Both the position numbers and the translations under genes were made by a program. A stretch of 64,000 nucleotides of DNA from a virus. This document shows, in pieces, positions 40,555-50,593 of the stretch (positions are counted from its first letter, which is position 1; every line of letters begins with the position of its first letter). The notes under the pieces are model-generated. The model saw only the letters and a list, made by a program, of their open reading frames with translations. It ran no database searches and was not told the DNA's origin. The stretch spans positions 4,429 through 68,428 of the IMG/VR virus record IMGVR_UViG_3300025645_000061. One strand, 5' to 3'.

Positions 40555-41553
40555 ATGAATTTAGCTTATAGAGATCATAAAATTATGAAACTACACAATT
40601 TAGGGTATAGTAGCCGTAGGATTGCTCTAGAATTGTTTAATAAAGAATCTATGAAGAGTACAGTAAATGATGTTCTTGCACGATATAGGAACAAAGGGTT
40701 ACTTACCACAAAAGGAGAAGACCTAGCTAAAGTGGATTTAGGAGGCTTTAAGATTGTAACTTCTAAAACTTCTAAAGAGGGTTGCTCTCATATGGTTCTT
40801 CCTGACAAACAAGTAAGGGCGGATACCCCTAAAGAGTTCCTTAATTGGATTGGGAAGTACATCGTTGATCGTAAACCTGATGTAATTATTGACCTTGGGG
40901 ATTTTGCTGACATGGCTTCTTTGAGTTCTTACGATAAAGGTAAGAAATCCGCAGAGGGTAAACGAGTAAATGAAGATATTAAAGGTGCTATAGCTGGTAT
41001 GAGAGTTATGCTTAAGCCTTTATATGACTTACAACAACAGGAGGTAAAAGATTATGGACGAATCAAGTACAAACCTCGGATGGTTCTTACCCTCGGTAAT
41101 CATGAGGATCGTATTACCCGACACGTTAATGCAAATCCAGAGCTTGACGGATACCTATCTACCGATAGTTTGCGTTATAGTGACTTTGGTTGGGAAGTAA
41201 TTCCGTTCCTACAGCCTGAGATTATTAACGGAGTAGGGTATGTCCACTTTGCAGCTAACCCTTTCTCTGGAAAACCTTATGGCGGTAGTGCCTTGAATAT
41301 ACTCCAGAAAGTAGGTACAAGCATGACAGTGGGTCATAAACAAACCTTGGATATTGCAACACGAAATCTTCCTACTACAGGACAACAACAGTGGTTTCTT
41401 TGTGCAGGAGCGTGTTATACTCACGATGAACACTATAAAGGCCCACAAGGTAATCATCACTGGCGTGGAGTTATTGTAAAACATAATGTTTGTAATGGTG
41501 GCTACTCTCCAATGTTTGTAGACCTAGACTACCTTAAAAAGAAATTCGGTTAA
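40555..41553 (+). CDS. Calcineurin-like metallophosphoesterase with N-terminal HTH
   Basis: LPDKQ, LGDFAD, LGNHE and VGHKQ motifs; GYSSRRIA HTH. Confidence 0.85.
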   Translation: MNLAYRDHKIMKLHNLGYSSRRIALELFNKESMKSTVNDVLARYRNKGLLTTKGEDLAKVDLGGFKIVTSKTSKEGCSHMVLPDKQVRADTPKEFLNWIGKYIVDRKPDVIIDLGDFADMASLSSYDKGKKSAEGKRVNEDIKGAIAGMRVMLKPLYDLQQQEVKDYGRIKYKPRMVLTLGNHEDRITRHVNANPELDGYLSTDSLRYSDFGWEVIPFLQPEIINGVGYVHFAANPFSGKPYGGSALNILQKVGTSMTVGHKQTLDIATRNLPTTGQQQWFLCAGACYTHDEHYKGPQGNHHWRGVIVKHNVCNGGYSPMFVDLDYLKKKFG

Positions 41554-41571
41554 TAAAAGGATAAATAATTT

Positions 41572-41904
41572 ATGTCAGAATTTAAGTTACCAAGTAGGTT
41601 GTCCCTGTCTGATGTAGCAATGCTGGATGTTTGTGTTGGAGGGTCTTGTGCAGACCTTCCTTTCGAACAGCTTCTAGATATTGCTTATGAGCATGGACTA
41701 AACGTTAAACAATCTTATAAGATTGAAAAGGGTCTTCATCGTAACCTACAGAATAAAGTTATTAATGGAGAATATATTATTGCTGAAGAACGTCTTGATG
41801 ACGCTTGGATCAAATCAGGTAATGCAACTATTGAAGCTATAACAATATGTAGTGGTGATTATGGTATGCGGGATGAATTAAATAGAATGAGAGGGAGGAT
41901 ATAA
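41572..41904 (+). CDS. Conserved phage hypothetical protein
   Basis: ORF with AAGGA RBS. Confidence 0.65.
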   Translation: MSEFKLPSRLSLSDVAMLDVCVGGSCADLPFEQLLDIAYEHGLNVKQSYKIEKGLHRNLQNKVINGEYIIAEERLDDAWIKSGNATIEAITICSGDYGMRDELNRMRGRI

Positions 41905-42072
41905 GAATGAAAAAGAGTCCAGTAAAAACAACAAACATAGCGGTTATAAGTTTCTTATCAGTAGCACTTTTATTTTCAGCAGACCAGACAGGTCGAGAGT
42001 GGGATTTAATTGATTCCTTGATTGGTTACATGGATGCAAAAACCCAGCAAATTGAACAAGGAGCTAATAACA

Positions 42073-44283
42073 TTGAGCAGTAAAATAGCATCAGACTTAA
42101 AATATTACTCAGATTACTCACAGTACATTGACACAGAGAATAGAGCAGAAAATTGGGATGACTCCGTTGATAGAATCATGGACATGCACCTAGTTAAATA
42201 TGAAGATAAGATGACACCAGAACTAGAGAAGCTAATGAGCTTCGTATCAAAGTCTTATAAGATTAGAGAGCTTCTAGGTTCACAAAGAGCCTTACAATTT
42301 GGTGGAGACCCTATCCTTCAACACCACTCTAAGATTTACAATTGTCTTAGTTCTTTTGCAGACCGTAATAACTTCTTCCAAGAGGCTATGTACTGGTTAC
42401 TAAGTGGTTGTGGAATTGGTTTTAGTGTACAGTATTGTCACAATGACCTAATACCTAATATTCAACTCAGAACTAAAGGTGTTAAAACTTTTACTCCTGA
42501 AGACTCTATTGAGGGTTGGGCAGATTGCTTTGGAGTGCTAAGTAGCTCTTATACTACAGATGATCCTACATTTAAAGAGTATCAGGGTTATCGTATTGAC
42601 TTTGATCTAAGTAAGATTCGACCAAAAGGAGCTAAGATTTCAGGGGGATTTAAGGCTCCCGGCCCTAATGGTTTACGAGATAGCTTACAGAAGTGTCAGG
42701 AGCTTCTAGATAACGCTGTAAAGGACGGTGAAGCTAAGTTTAGACCAATACTAGTCTATGACTTTGTAATGCACATGAGCGATGCTGTGCTGTCTGGTGG
42801 GGTGCGTAGAAGTGCAACCATTTGTATCTTCTCACCAACTGACACAGAAATGCTTAATGCTAAAACAGGTAACTGGTTTGTAGATAATCCTCAACGAGGT
42901 AGGTCAAATAACTCAGTAGCTCTTGTTAGATCGAAGACTACTAAAGAAGATTTTGAGAGAATCTATAAGTCTGTTAAGGAATTTGGAGAACCCGGTTTCT
43001 TGTTTACAGACCACGAAGATTACCTTTATAATCCTTGTGTAGAGATTGGAATGTACCCTCGTACTGAAGATGGTCGTTCAGGTTGGCAAGGTTGTAACTT
43101 GACAGAAGGTAACGGGGTAATGTGTACTACTCCTGAAGCTTTCTATCGTATCTGTAAAGCTTCTGCTATTATGGGAACCTTACAAGCTGGTTACACAGAC
43201 TTTAAGTATGTTGCTAAAGAGTCTAAAGAAATCTTTGAACGTGAAGCTTTGATTGGGTGTTCATTTACAGGTTGGACTAATAATCCTGATGTTATGTTTA
43301 CTCCTGAAGTACAGCGTAAAGGTGCTGAAATTGTTAAGAAGTGGAATAAAATTGTTGCTGACCTTATAGGTATTAATCAAGCAGCCAGAACCACTTGTAC
43401 AAAGCCCAGCGGTAATGCTTCAGTTATCTTAGGTAGAGATTTTTCTTGTGCTTCTGGTATTCACGGAGAACATGCTCCACGGTACTTTAGACATATGCAA
43501 ATGAATAAGGACGATGATGTAGCACAATTGTTTGCTGAGTTCAACCCTGAAGCTGTAGAAGATTCTGTATGGTCTGCTAGTGGGACTGATTGGGTTTTCG
43601 CTATACCAGTTGTAGCTAAACCAGATAGCTTGTTTAAGAAAGATTTGCTTGGTGTTAAACAGTTAGAACTTGTTAAACTTACTCAACAGAACTGGGTTGA
43701 ATTTGGGACTAACGTTGATTTATGTGTGAAGCCCACAGTAAGGCATAACGTATCTAATACTATTCAAGTTGAGGATTGGGAAGAGGTTAGAGAATACTTG
43801 TGGGAGAATCGTCATAGCTTTGCTGGTGTAAGTTTGCTATCAGTAAGTGGTGACAAAGACTACAAGCAAGCCCCTTTTGTGGAGGTATTTACTTCACAAC
43901 AATTACTTGACAAGTATGGTGATGCTTCTTTACTTGCTAGTGGCCTTATCATAGATGGACTACACGCTTTCAATAACGACCTTTGGGATGCTGTAGACGC
44001 TGTTATGGGTCTTGGTGACTTCTCTGAAGAGAGCCATGTTAACCTTCTCAAGAAGGATTGGATCAGGAGAGCTAAACAATTCTCTTCTAGATATATGAAT
44101 GATGATCTAAAATTAACTGGTTATTGTTTGAAAGATGTGTATAATCTTCATAAATGGTTAAAGGTTACTAGAGACCTAGTAGATATTGATTGGACTAAAG
44201 CTGATCTTAAACCTAAATACACAGATGTAGATACATTAGGTTCAGTAGCCTGTGCAGGAGGACAATGCGAGTTACCTTGGTAA
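42073..44283 (+). CDS. nrdJ: Class II (adenosylcobalamin-dependent) monomeric ribonucleotide reductase
   Basis: SGGVRRSA, NPCVEI, GCNL and TCTKPSGN motifs, C-terminal CAGGQC; no small-subunit gene adjacent; TTG start after AAGGAG. Confidence 0.9.
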   Translation: MSSKIASDLKYYSDYSQYIDTENRAENWDDSVDRIMDMHLVKYEDKMTPELEKLMSFVSKSYKIRELLGSQRALQFGGDPILQHHSKIYNCLSSFADRNNFFQEAMYWLLSGCGIGFSVQYCHNDLIPNIQLRTKGVKTFTPEDSIEGWADCFGVLSSSYTTDDPTFKEYQGYRIDFDLSKIRPKGAKISGGFKAPGPNGLRDSLQKCQELLDNAVKDGEAKFRPILVYDFVMHMSDAVLSGGVRRSATICIFSPTDTEMLNAKTGNWFVDNPQRGRSNNSVALVRSKTTKEDFERIYKSVKEFGEPGFLFTDHEDYLYNPCVEIGMYPRTEDGRSGWQGCNLTEGNGVMCTTPEAFYRICKASAIMGTLQAGYTDFKYVAKESKEIFEREALIGCSFTGWTNNPDVMFTPEVQRKGAEIVKKWNKIVADLIGINQAARTTCTKPSGNASVILGRDFSCASGIHGEHAPRYFRHMQMNKDDDVAQLFAEFNPEAVEDSVWSASGTDWVFAIPVVAKPDSLFKKDLLGVKQLELVKLTQQNWVEFGTNVDLCVKPTVRHNVSNTIQVEDWEEVREYLWENRHSFAGVSLLSVSGDKDYKQAPFVEVFTSQQLLDKYGDASLLASGLIIDGLHAFNNDLWDAVDAVMGLGDFSEESHVNLLKKDWIRRAKQFSSRYMNDDLKLTGYCLKDVYNLHKWLKVTRDLVDIDWTKADLKPKYTDVDTLGSVACAGGQCELPW

Positions 44284-44373
44284 ATATATATATATATAAG
44301 TGTTGACAAAGAACCCTATATGAGCGATAGTGGCTTGTATGGGGTTTTTTACTTTTAACAGGAGAAGCTAAAT

Positions 44374-45021
44374 ATGAATAGTAAAATAGTATTACTAAAT
44401 GGCCCAGCAGAGTGTGGTAAGAATAGGGTCACAGCAGCTACCACAAAACTCTTACACACAGTTGATCGACGCTGTAAGGATAAACTCTTTAAGCTTGTTC
44501 AGGAATTGTTCTGTGTATCTGAAGAAAGGTTTTGGGAGATTTATAATGATCGTGAGATTAAGGAAACCCCTTTACCCGACTTTATGTTGTCAGGGATTGA
44601 GTTGGCACAATTGCAAAGTATTACTGGAATTCCTGTAAATAAAATGTATACTTTGTACAACAACAAAATCTCTATATCTATTAGGGAAGCAATGATTTAT
44701 GTATCTGAAATTATCTGTAAGCCAGCTTTTGGGGAGGATTATTTCGGGGTTGCTAGAGCTAACACTATACAGGATAATGAATGGGCTATAGATGATTCGT
44801 GTGGTTTTGATGATGAAATCAAGCCTACCATTGACAAGCTTGGTCAGGAGAATATATTATTGATCCGTATCAAAGGTAGAGGGGACTTCAATAATGATAG
44901 TCGTAGTTTTATTTCTGATGGTATTGTGGATTACACTGTAGACATTTATAACAGTTCTACCGAAGAAGCCTACATGAATTCTATGTTGGAACTAATTACT
45001 AATTTTTACACAGGAGTTTAG
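44374..45021 (+). CDS. P-loop dNMP kinase-like protein
   Basis: LNGPAECGK and IDDSCGF motifs. Confidence 0.7.
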   Translation: MNSKIVLLNGPAECGKNRVTAATTKLLHTVDRRCKDKLFKLVQELFCVSEERFWEIYNDREIKETPLPDFMLSGIELAQLQSITGIPVNKMYTLYNNKISISIREAMIYVSEIICKPAFGEDYFGVARANTIQDNEWAIDDSCGFDDEIKPTIDKLGQENILLIRIKGRGDFNNDSRSFISDGIVDYTVDIYNSSTEEAYMNSMLELITNFYTGV

Positions 45022-45022
45022 A

Positions 45023-45538
45023 ATGTTTACTCAAGATGAACTTAAAAAGTTACTAACTTACGATAGAGACTCTGGGGAGTTACGTTGGAATGGGACTAGG
45101 CGAGGAGTCATTGGTAGAAATTCAATAGCAGGGGGTGAGTTTGTTGGGAAGGTGAATAAGAAAACATATTACAGGCTTCAAATAAAAGGTTACAACTTTT
45201 TTTCTCATAGAGTTATATGGTTTATGGAAACCGGAAATTGGCCCGAAGAAATAGATCACATAAACGGGGATGGTACGGATAATAGTTGGGGAAATTTAAG
45301 GGAAGTTTCTAGGAAAGAAAACCTCAGAAATAAGAAGCTTTATACGGTCAATTCTAGTGGAGTTTCTGGAGTATGCTTTAACAATCTTATCTGTAAATGG
45401 AGAGCGTATATACAAGTTTTAGGTAAGCAAAAACATCTTGGACTCTTTGTTAATAAAGAGGACGCTGTTACTGCTAGGAGGATTGCAGAAATTAAATACG
45501 GCTACCATGTAAATCATGGACAGGATAGACCTTTATGA
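45023..45538 (+). mobile_element. Free-standing HNH homing endonuclease with AP2 domain
   Basis: HRVIW, IDHINGDGTDN...NL, SGVSGV...KWRAYI...HLGLF motifs. Confidence 0.88.
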
Positions 45539-45828
45539 TGTACCTTACGGCTTTTTGTTTATCGTTTATCTCTATATTTATGAAAGGGTTCTGTCAACAG
45601 AATATGATCCACCGCAGAAGAGGACTTATGCTCCCATCTAGTTGGGTATTGTCTATAGCAGAATTATTCATAGCCGGAATATTTGTAACTAACTTCTTGA
45701 CAGCAACTTTATTGGGGAGTATTATCCTTGCATTGGTTATCGGAACCGGAGGAGGTTTAGGTTGTATATGTAGCCTTGACGCTCACGATTGGGTAACTAA
45801 GAAGATTTATAAATGGCATCTTAAATAG
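45538..45828 (+). CDS. Three-TM membrane protein
   Basis: Hydrophobic helices, GTGGGLGC motif. Confidence 0.6.
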   Translation: MYLTAFCLSFISIFMKGFCQQNMIHRRRGLMLPSSWVLSIAELFIAGIFVTNFLTATLLGSIILALVIGTGGGLGCICSLDAHDWVTKKIYKWHLK

Positions 45829-45924
45829 GGGGAAATTATTATGTGGGGTATTACTATAGCAATAGTGTTCATAATTTTAGTTGTTTGGGGTTGTATTAAA
45901 TAATAAATAAGGAGATATTATTTT

Positions 45925-46674
45925 ATGTCAAGAAAAAACCGAGGTCAGAGAAATACTCGTAAAGAAAAGAAAGAAAGCGAAACGGTATATTCCCCTACAG
46001 AGAAATTTGTAGTTAAATACAAAAGGGATGTACCGCCAATTAAACCTATGAATAAAAAGCAGGAAGATTATATGTATTCAATTAATTGCAATCCCTTGAC
46101 AATTGCAACTGGATATGCTGGTACTTCCAAAACGTACTTACCAACAGCTATAGCTTGTGATATGTTGAAGTTAGGAAGTATTGAGAAAATTATCTTGACA
46201 AGACCTAATGTGTCTGAGAGTAAAAGTTTGGGGTTTTTCTCTGGAGATTTAAACTCTAAGATGAAAAATTGGTTACTTCCTGTCCTAGATGTTATGGTTG
46301 AACGATTAGGAACTGGTATGGTAGACTACTGCATTGGAAAAGGACAGATTGAGTTTGTACCAATGGAAGTTATTAAAGGACGATCATTCAATAATTCCTT
46401 TGTAATTGCTGATGAAGCAGAAGACCTTACATATCAAGAGGTTAAGAAGGTTATCACTCGTTTGGGGCTAGATTCTAAATTGGTTCTTGCAGGAGATATC
46501 ACTCAGAAAGACCTTAGAGGTAAAAGTGGGTTAGCTATTGCACTTAATATGGCTAAAAGTAATGAAAACTTAGGCTGTGGATGGGTTGACTTTAATGAGC
46601 CATATGATATAGTGCGTTCTGAAACGGTCAAGAAGTGGATTCTTGGATTTAATAAATATGAGAGGGGTGATTGA
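45925..46674 (+). CDS. phoH: PhoH-like ATPase
   Basis: GYAGTSKT, LGFFSG, KGRSF, DEAED, TRLG, GDITQKD and DIVRS motifs. Confidence 0.93.
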   Translation: MSRKNRGQRNTRKEKKESETVYSPTEKFVVKYKRDVPPIKPMNKKQEDYMYSINCNPLTIATGYAGTSKTYLPTAIACDMLKLGSIEKIILTRPNVSESKSLGFFSGDLNSKMKNWLLPVLDVMVERLGTGMVDYCIGKGQIEFVPMEVIKGRSFNNSFVIADEAEDLTYQEVKKVITRLGLDSKLVLAGDITQKDLRGKSGLAIALNMAKSNENLGCGWVDFNEPYDIVRSETVKKWILGFNKYERGD

Positions 46675-46675
46675 T

Positions 46676-47287
46676 ATGAAATTAGGTGTACATAAGTGTC
46701 ATCCAGATGCAAAGATGCCCTTCTATGCAACAGAGGGTTCAGCTTGTTTCGATATTGCTGTAGTCCTTGATACAGATGTTGCTGTAATGGAACCCGGACA
46801 AACCGTGGTGTTTGGTACAGGGCTTAAGCTGGACATTCCAAAGGGTTATCAACTAAAGCTCCACGTTCGATCCAGTACAGGGATTAAGAAGAGTCTTATG
46901 CTGGCTAATGTCACTGGTATTATTGATAGTGACTATGTAGAAGAACTTAAAGTGGCTCTGTATAATCGTAGTGGAGGTGATGTACACGTTATCTCTGGTG
47001 CTGTATTAGCTCAAGCAGAGCTACAACCTGTGATTCAGTGTGATTTTGAGGAGCTTGAGTATGCTCCTTTACAGAAGACTTCTCGTAATGGGGGGATTGG
47101 TTCTACAGATACTGAAGAAAACCCTTGGAATATCAATACAGGAGTTCAACCTGTTAAAGATAACCAGATTGTTGAAGTTGTTTTTGCTAATGGAGATATT
47201 GCTAAGAATCTTACAGCTTTAAATTGGTATTGGGGTGCTGATGTTGTTCTTGATGATAAGATTGTTAAGTGGAGGTGTCCAAAGTGA
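46676..47287 (+). CDS. dut: Trimeric dUTPase with extra C-terminal domain
   Basis: SACFD, RSST, GIIDSDY and RNGGIGST motifs, then ~55 extra aa. Confidence 0.9.
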   Translation: MKLGVHKCHPDAKMPFYATEGSACFDIAVVLDTDVAVMEPGQTVVFGTGLKLDIPKGYQLKLHVRSSTGIKKSLMLANVTGIIDSDYVEELKVALYNRSGGDVHVISGAVLAQAELQPVIQCDFEELEYAPLQKTSRNGGIGSTDTEENPWNINTGVQPVKDNQIVEVVFANGDIAKNLTALNWYWGADVVLDDKIVKWRCPK

Positions 47288-47697
47288 ATAACCACAGTAC
47301 TAATATACTCTACATGGATTTAGCTAAAAGAGTTGCACAAGAATCTTACTGTGTACGTCAGAAGGTTGGTGCAGTTATCGTTACTGAATCTGGTGGATTA
47401 TATTTAGGCTTTAATGGTACACCTTCTGGATATGCTAATGTTTGTGAGTTGCCAGATGGAACCACAGACCCTATGGTTATTCATGCAGAAGAGAATGCTT
47501 TAGCTAAGATGTTAAGAGAGGGGGTATCAGCTAATGGGTCTGTAGTTTATATAACATTAAGCCCTTGCAATGAGTGTACGAAGATGCTACACTCCATAGG
47601 AGTAAGGGATATATACTATGGTTCTGCATATAAATATACAAGTCACTTTGACAACTATATAAACCTTGGTATGAAATTTCACTGGATGGGAGAATAA
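47284..47697 (+). CDS. dCMP deaminase
   Basis: KVGAVI, GFNG, HAEENA and SPCNEC motifs. Confidence 0.9.
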   Translation: MNNHSTNILYMDLAKRVAQESYCVRQKVGAVIVTESGGLYLGFNGTPSGYANVCELPDGTTDPMVIHAEENALAKMLREGVSANGSVVYITLSPCNECTKMLHSIGVRDIYYGSAYKYTSHFDNYINLGMKFHWMGE

Positions 47698-47699
47698 AT

Positions 47700-47903
47700 A
47701 TGGCAGATTATGATATTAGACAAGATGATGGAAGTGTAATTGATAAGATTATCTTTGCAGACGGTAACGAGTCTGGTGCTACTTACATTAGATTAGACTC
47801 TGACGGAGATATAGAGCTTAATGATAGCTATATTAAATCTTCAGATTTAACACTCTATATCAAAGCCTTACAAAAGGCTCAATCTCTTGGGTGGGGGACA
47901 TAA
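47700..47903 (+). CDS. Small acidic protein, paralog of 30999..31202
   Basis: Shared pattern noted for 30999..31202. Confidence 0.6.
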   Translation: MADYDIRQDDGSVIDKIIFADGNESGATYIRLDSDGDIELNDSYIKSSDLTLYIKALQKAQSLGWGT

Positions 47904-47905
47904 AT

Positions 47906-48172
47906 ATGATTATAGAATTATCAGATGAATTTAGAATTGATAGAGATAAGTATAACCACACTCTAGAAGTCTATAAAGAAGTTACAAACAATAAAACCAA
48001 AGAAGTTAATATAAAATGGGTTATTGTTGGTCATTATGCAACTTTAGAGCAGTGTATTAATTCTGCTTCTAGTTATAAGGTACTCAATGAGAACACTCAA
48101 TTGAAATTTGAAGAGTATTTGAAACTACTTAATGTACATAATGAAGTCTTCTATAAGAAGGTTAGTGTATGA
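47906..48172 (+). CDS. Hypothetical protein
   Basis: ORF; GHYATLEQC motif. Confidence 0.6.
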   Translation: MIIELSDEFRIDRDKYNHTLEVYKEVTNNKTKEVNIKWVIVGHYATLEQCINSASSYKVLNENTQLKFEEYLKLLNVHNEVFYKKVSV

Positions 48173-49101
48173 TTTCAGCTAAGATTATAGCGGATTCTAT
48201 TAGTGAATATGGAGACCGAATAACTACATTTGAGTTAGAATACCCACGTTTTATTCATGGTGAGTTGATGACACATAGGTTGTTCAGTCGTAATGCTGCA
48301 TCAAGTAGAGCTATCCCAATTAATAAGATGATGGATCAGGTCTTGACAGCACCAGCTATGCCTGTAGAATGGGGTCTTAATAAGTCTGGTATGCAAGCAG
48401 AGGAGAAGCATAAGTCTACTTCAACCTGTGAATGGGCTTGGAAACAGGCTGCTGAAAGGGCAGTTGTGAGTGCTAGAGAACTACAAGGCTTAGGTCTACA
48501 CAAGCAGATTGTCAATCGTGTACTGGAACCCTTCCAGCTAATGAAGACGATTGTTACAGCTACTGAGTTTGATAACTTCTGGTGGTTACGTTGTCACCCT
48601 GCTGCACAACCTGAGATTCATGTACTTGCAGATAAGATGTATGAGTTATATACTCAAAACGAACCTAATATTCTTAAGCCGGGAGAATGGCATGTACCTT
48701 ATGTTTCTGTCGAGTGGTGTGCTGGGGGTTCAGGGATTATATACGGCAGGGAGGGACTAACAAGCTTAACACTAGAGGAAGCCCAAAAGATTTCAGCTTC
48801 ATGTTGCGCTCAAGTATCGTATCGTTTACTGGATTGGTCATTAACTAAAGCTGTTAAGATTTTTGATATGCTAGTTACCATGACACCAGTACATGCGAGT
48901 CCTTTTGAACATATTGCTACACCAATGCACTTTATAAGTGTGTACCGTATGCTTGATCGTGATATGGGGCAAGATGGAGAGGTTTGGGAAAGAGGGATTA
49001 CTCACTTAGGTAAGTCTGGATATTTTTGGAGCGGGAATTTAAAAGGCTTCATTCAATACAGACAATTGCTTGACAACAATACCTGTTGGAAGTACAGTTA
49101 A
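48169..49101 (+). CDS. thyX: Flavin-dependent thymidylate synthase
   Basis: THRLFSRNAASSRAI signature, HKQIVNR and HASPFEH motifs. Confidence 0.9.
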   Translation: MISAKIIADSISEYGDRITTFELEYPRFIHGELMTHRLFSRNAASSRAIPINKMMDQVLTAPAMPVEWGLNKSGMQAEEKHKSTSTCEWAWKQAAERAVVSARELQGLGLHKQIVNRVLEPFQLMKTIVTATEFDNFWWLRCHPAAQPEIHVLADKMYELYTQNEPNILKPGEWHVPYVSVEWCAGGSGIIYGREGLTSLTLEEAQKISASCCAQVSYRLLDWSLTKAVKIFDMLVTMTPVHASPFEHIATPMHFISVYRMLDRDMGQDGEVWERGITHLGKSGYFWSGNLKGFIQYRQLLDNNTCWKYS

Positions 49102-49271
49102 GGACTAAATCGAATTTTAGTTAAGGACTAAATCGAATTTTAGTTAAGGACTAAAAGGGATTTTAGTTAAGGACTAAAAGGGATTTTAGTTAAGGACTAA
49201 AAGGGATTTTAGTTAAGGACTAAAAGGGATTTTAGTTAAGGACTAAAAGGGATTTTAGTTAAGGACTAAAT
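49096..49271. repeat. Tandem 23-bp array I (7 units plus partial)
   Basis: AGTTAAGGACTAAATCGAATTTT x2, AGTTAAGGACTAAAAGGGATTTT x5; starts at 49096, 49119 ... 49257. Confidence 0.97.
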
Positions 49272-49437
49272 AGAAATAAGTCTACAAGGATACTATGTAG
49301 GTTTATAAAATTAAGTCTACCAAAATTGGGAGAGAAATATGAACCACCCACAAGTCTCCCCAACGTAAGCTAAGTTGATATTGGAGATAATCTATCACAC
49401 ATATGTAGTGAATGCAAACTGATTATAGGAGGTTAAA

Positions 49438-49800
49438 ATGAAGGTTGAAAGTAAAGAGGTAAGAGTACCCGTGGAGGTATTAACAGAGTTTTTCCTGAAT
49501 CACGGAGAACCTCATAAAACAAATATAGAGTATCAAATTTTTGTTAACCCTTTAGAAGATGATCGTCAAGTGACAGTTAAAGAAATATTCATTAATAGTG
49601 ATGGTGAGTCTGAAGAAGATATCATACTTTGTATTCCTGTTGCTTGTGTTGAGGTGTTTACAAATGTTCTCCTAAAGTATGCAAGAAATGAAACACCTAA
49701 AGATTTTGCACTAGAAAGGGAAACAAAAGAAATGTTAATCAGTAATAAGGTATACTGTTTCGGTTGTATAGAATCTTTTATACCAGAGGAGGAATACTGA
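49438..49800 (+). CDS. Hypothetical acidic protein
   Basis: AGGAGG RBS. Confidence 0.6.
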   Translation: MKVESKEVRVPVEVLTEFFLNHGEPHKTNIEYQIFVNPLEDDRQVTVKEIFINSDGESEEDIILCIPVACVEVFTNVLLKYARNETPKDFALERETKEMLISNKVYCFGCIESFIPEEEY

Positions 49801-50015
49801 TGGAAGAACTAGATATAAATAAACGCCATGAGGAATTTATACTTGATGTAATTAATTCTTCAAAAGTAAAAAAAGTAACTTGCAAAATAATAGGGGAGCA
49901 TACCCCTAAAATTGAAGGTTTTAGAAAGACTAAAATTGTTATTGCAGGGGTAGTGTTCTTTGTGGTATCATTTGAAGATATAACAGATTTTTATACTGAG
50001 GATGCTTTACAATAA
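49800..50015 (+). CDS. Hypothetical protein
   Basis: TGATG coupling, GGAGG RBS. Confidence 0.55.
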   Translation: MEELDINKRHEEFILDVINSSKVKKVTCKIIGEHTPKIEGFRKTKIVIAGVVFFVVSFEDITDFYTEDALQ

Positions 50016-50037
50016 ACATATAAAGGAGTTATAAAGT

Positions 50038-50262
50038 ATGTCACCAAATGAATTCCTAGAAAAACACGAAGAAGTTATAGCTGCTGTAGAGGCACGTTGT
50101 AAAGCTGACGGTGTAGACTGTAGGGTGATTGATAAGGTTAGAGCAAGTAATTACAGAGAAACGTGGTTTATCATTGACATGGAAATTTATAAAGTGTTTA
50201 ATAATGGTCAAACAACTAACCATGAATACCTTGGAGTATACTCAAATGGACAACACTACTAA
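50038..50262 (+). CDS. Hypothetical protein
   Basis: AAGGAG RBS. Confidence 0.55.
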   Translation: MSPNEFLEKHEEVIAAVEARCKADGVDCRVIDKVRASNYRETWFIIDMEIYKVFNNGQTTNHEYLGVYSNGQHY

Positions 50263-50383
50263 AAAGAAAGATAGGAACTTTGTACATAAGCACATGGAAC
50301 GTTTTAACAAACCAAAAACCCATAAGGACAATAAGAACGATTACAAACGTAAACCTAAACATAAGGAAATAGAGGAGGAGTGA
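50246..50383 (+). CDS. Small basic ArfA-like protein
   Basis: RNFVHKHMERFNKPKTHKDNKNDYKRKPKHK; GGAG RBS. Confidence 0.55.
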   Translation: MDNTTKKKDRNFVHKHMERFNKPKTHKDNKNDYKRKPKHKEIEEE

Positions 50384-50593
50384 TGTTACAAGCACTAACA
50401 ACATGGATAAACACAGACAATTTTAAATTAGTATTTTACTCTATTGAGTTTATAACAATGTCTGCAATTATAACTAACGCAATACACCAGTGGTAACTTT
50501 TAAGATATAATAATAATAATGAAAATAAAGGTTGATTAGCTCTACAGGTTGTATATAATAGCTACAACTTAAACAAACGAGAGGCTTTAAAAC

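Noticed and set aside
37408-44283. Introns or inteins in the polymerase or RNR
   Set aside because: Both frames are continuous, of normal length, and lack splicing motifs.
44284-44298. (AT)n microsatellite after nrdJ
   Set aside because: Short, and explainable as the AT-rich tract upstream of the 44303 promoter.
49096-49271. CRISPR array interpretation of the 23-bp repeats (also 58578-58787)
   Set aside because: Units are contiguous with no unique spacers; variation is limited to two block variants; no cas genes are present.
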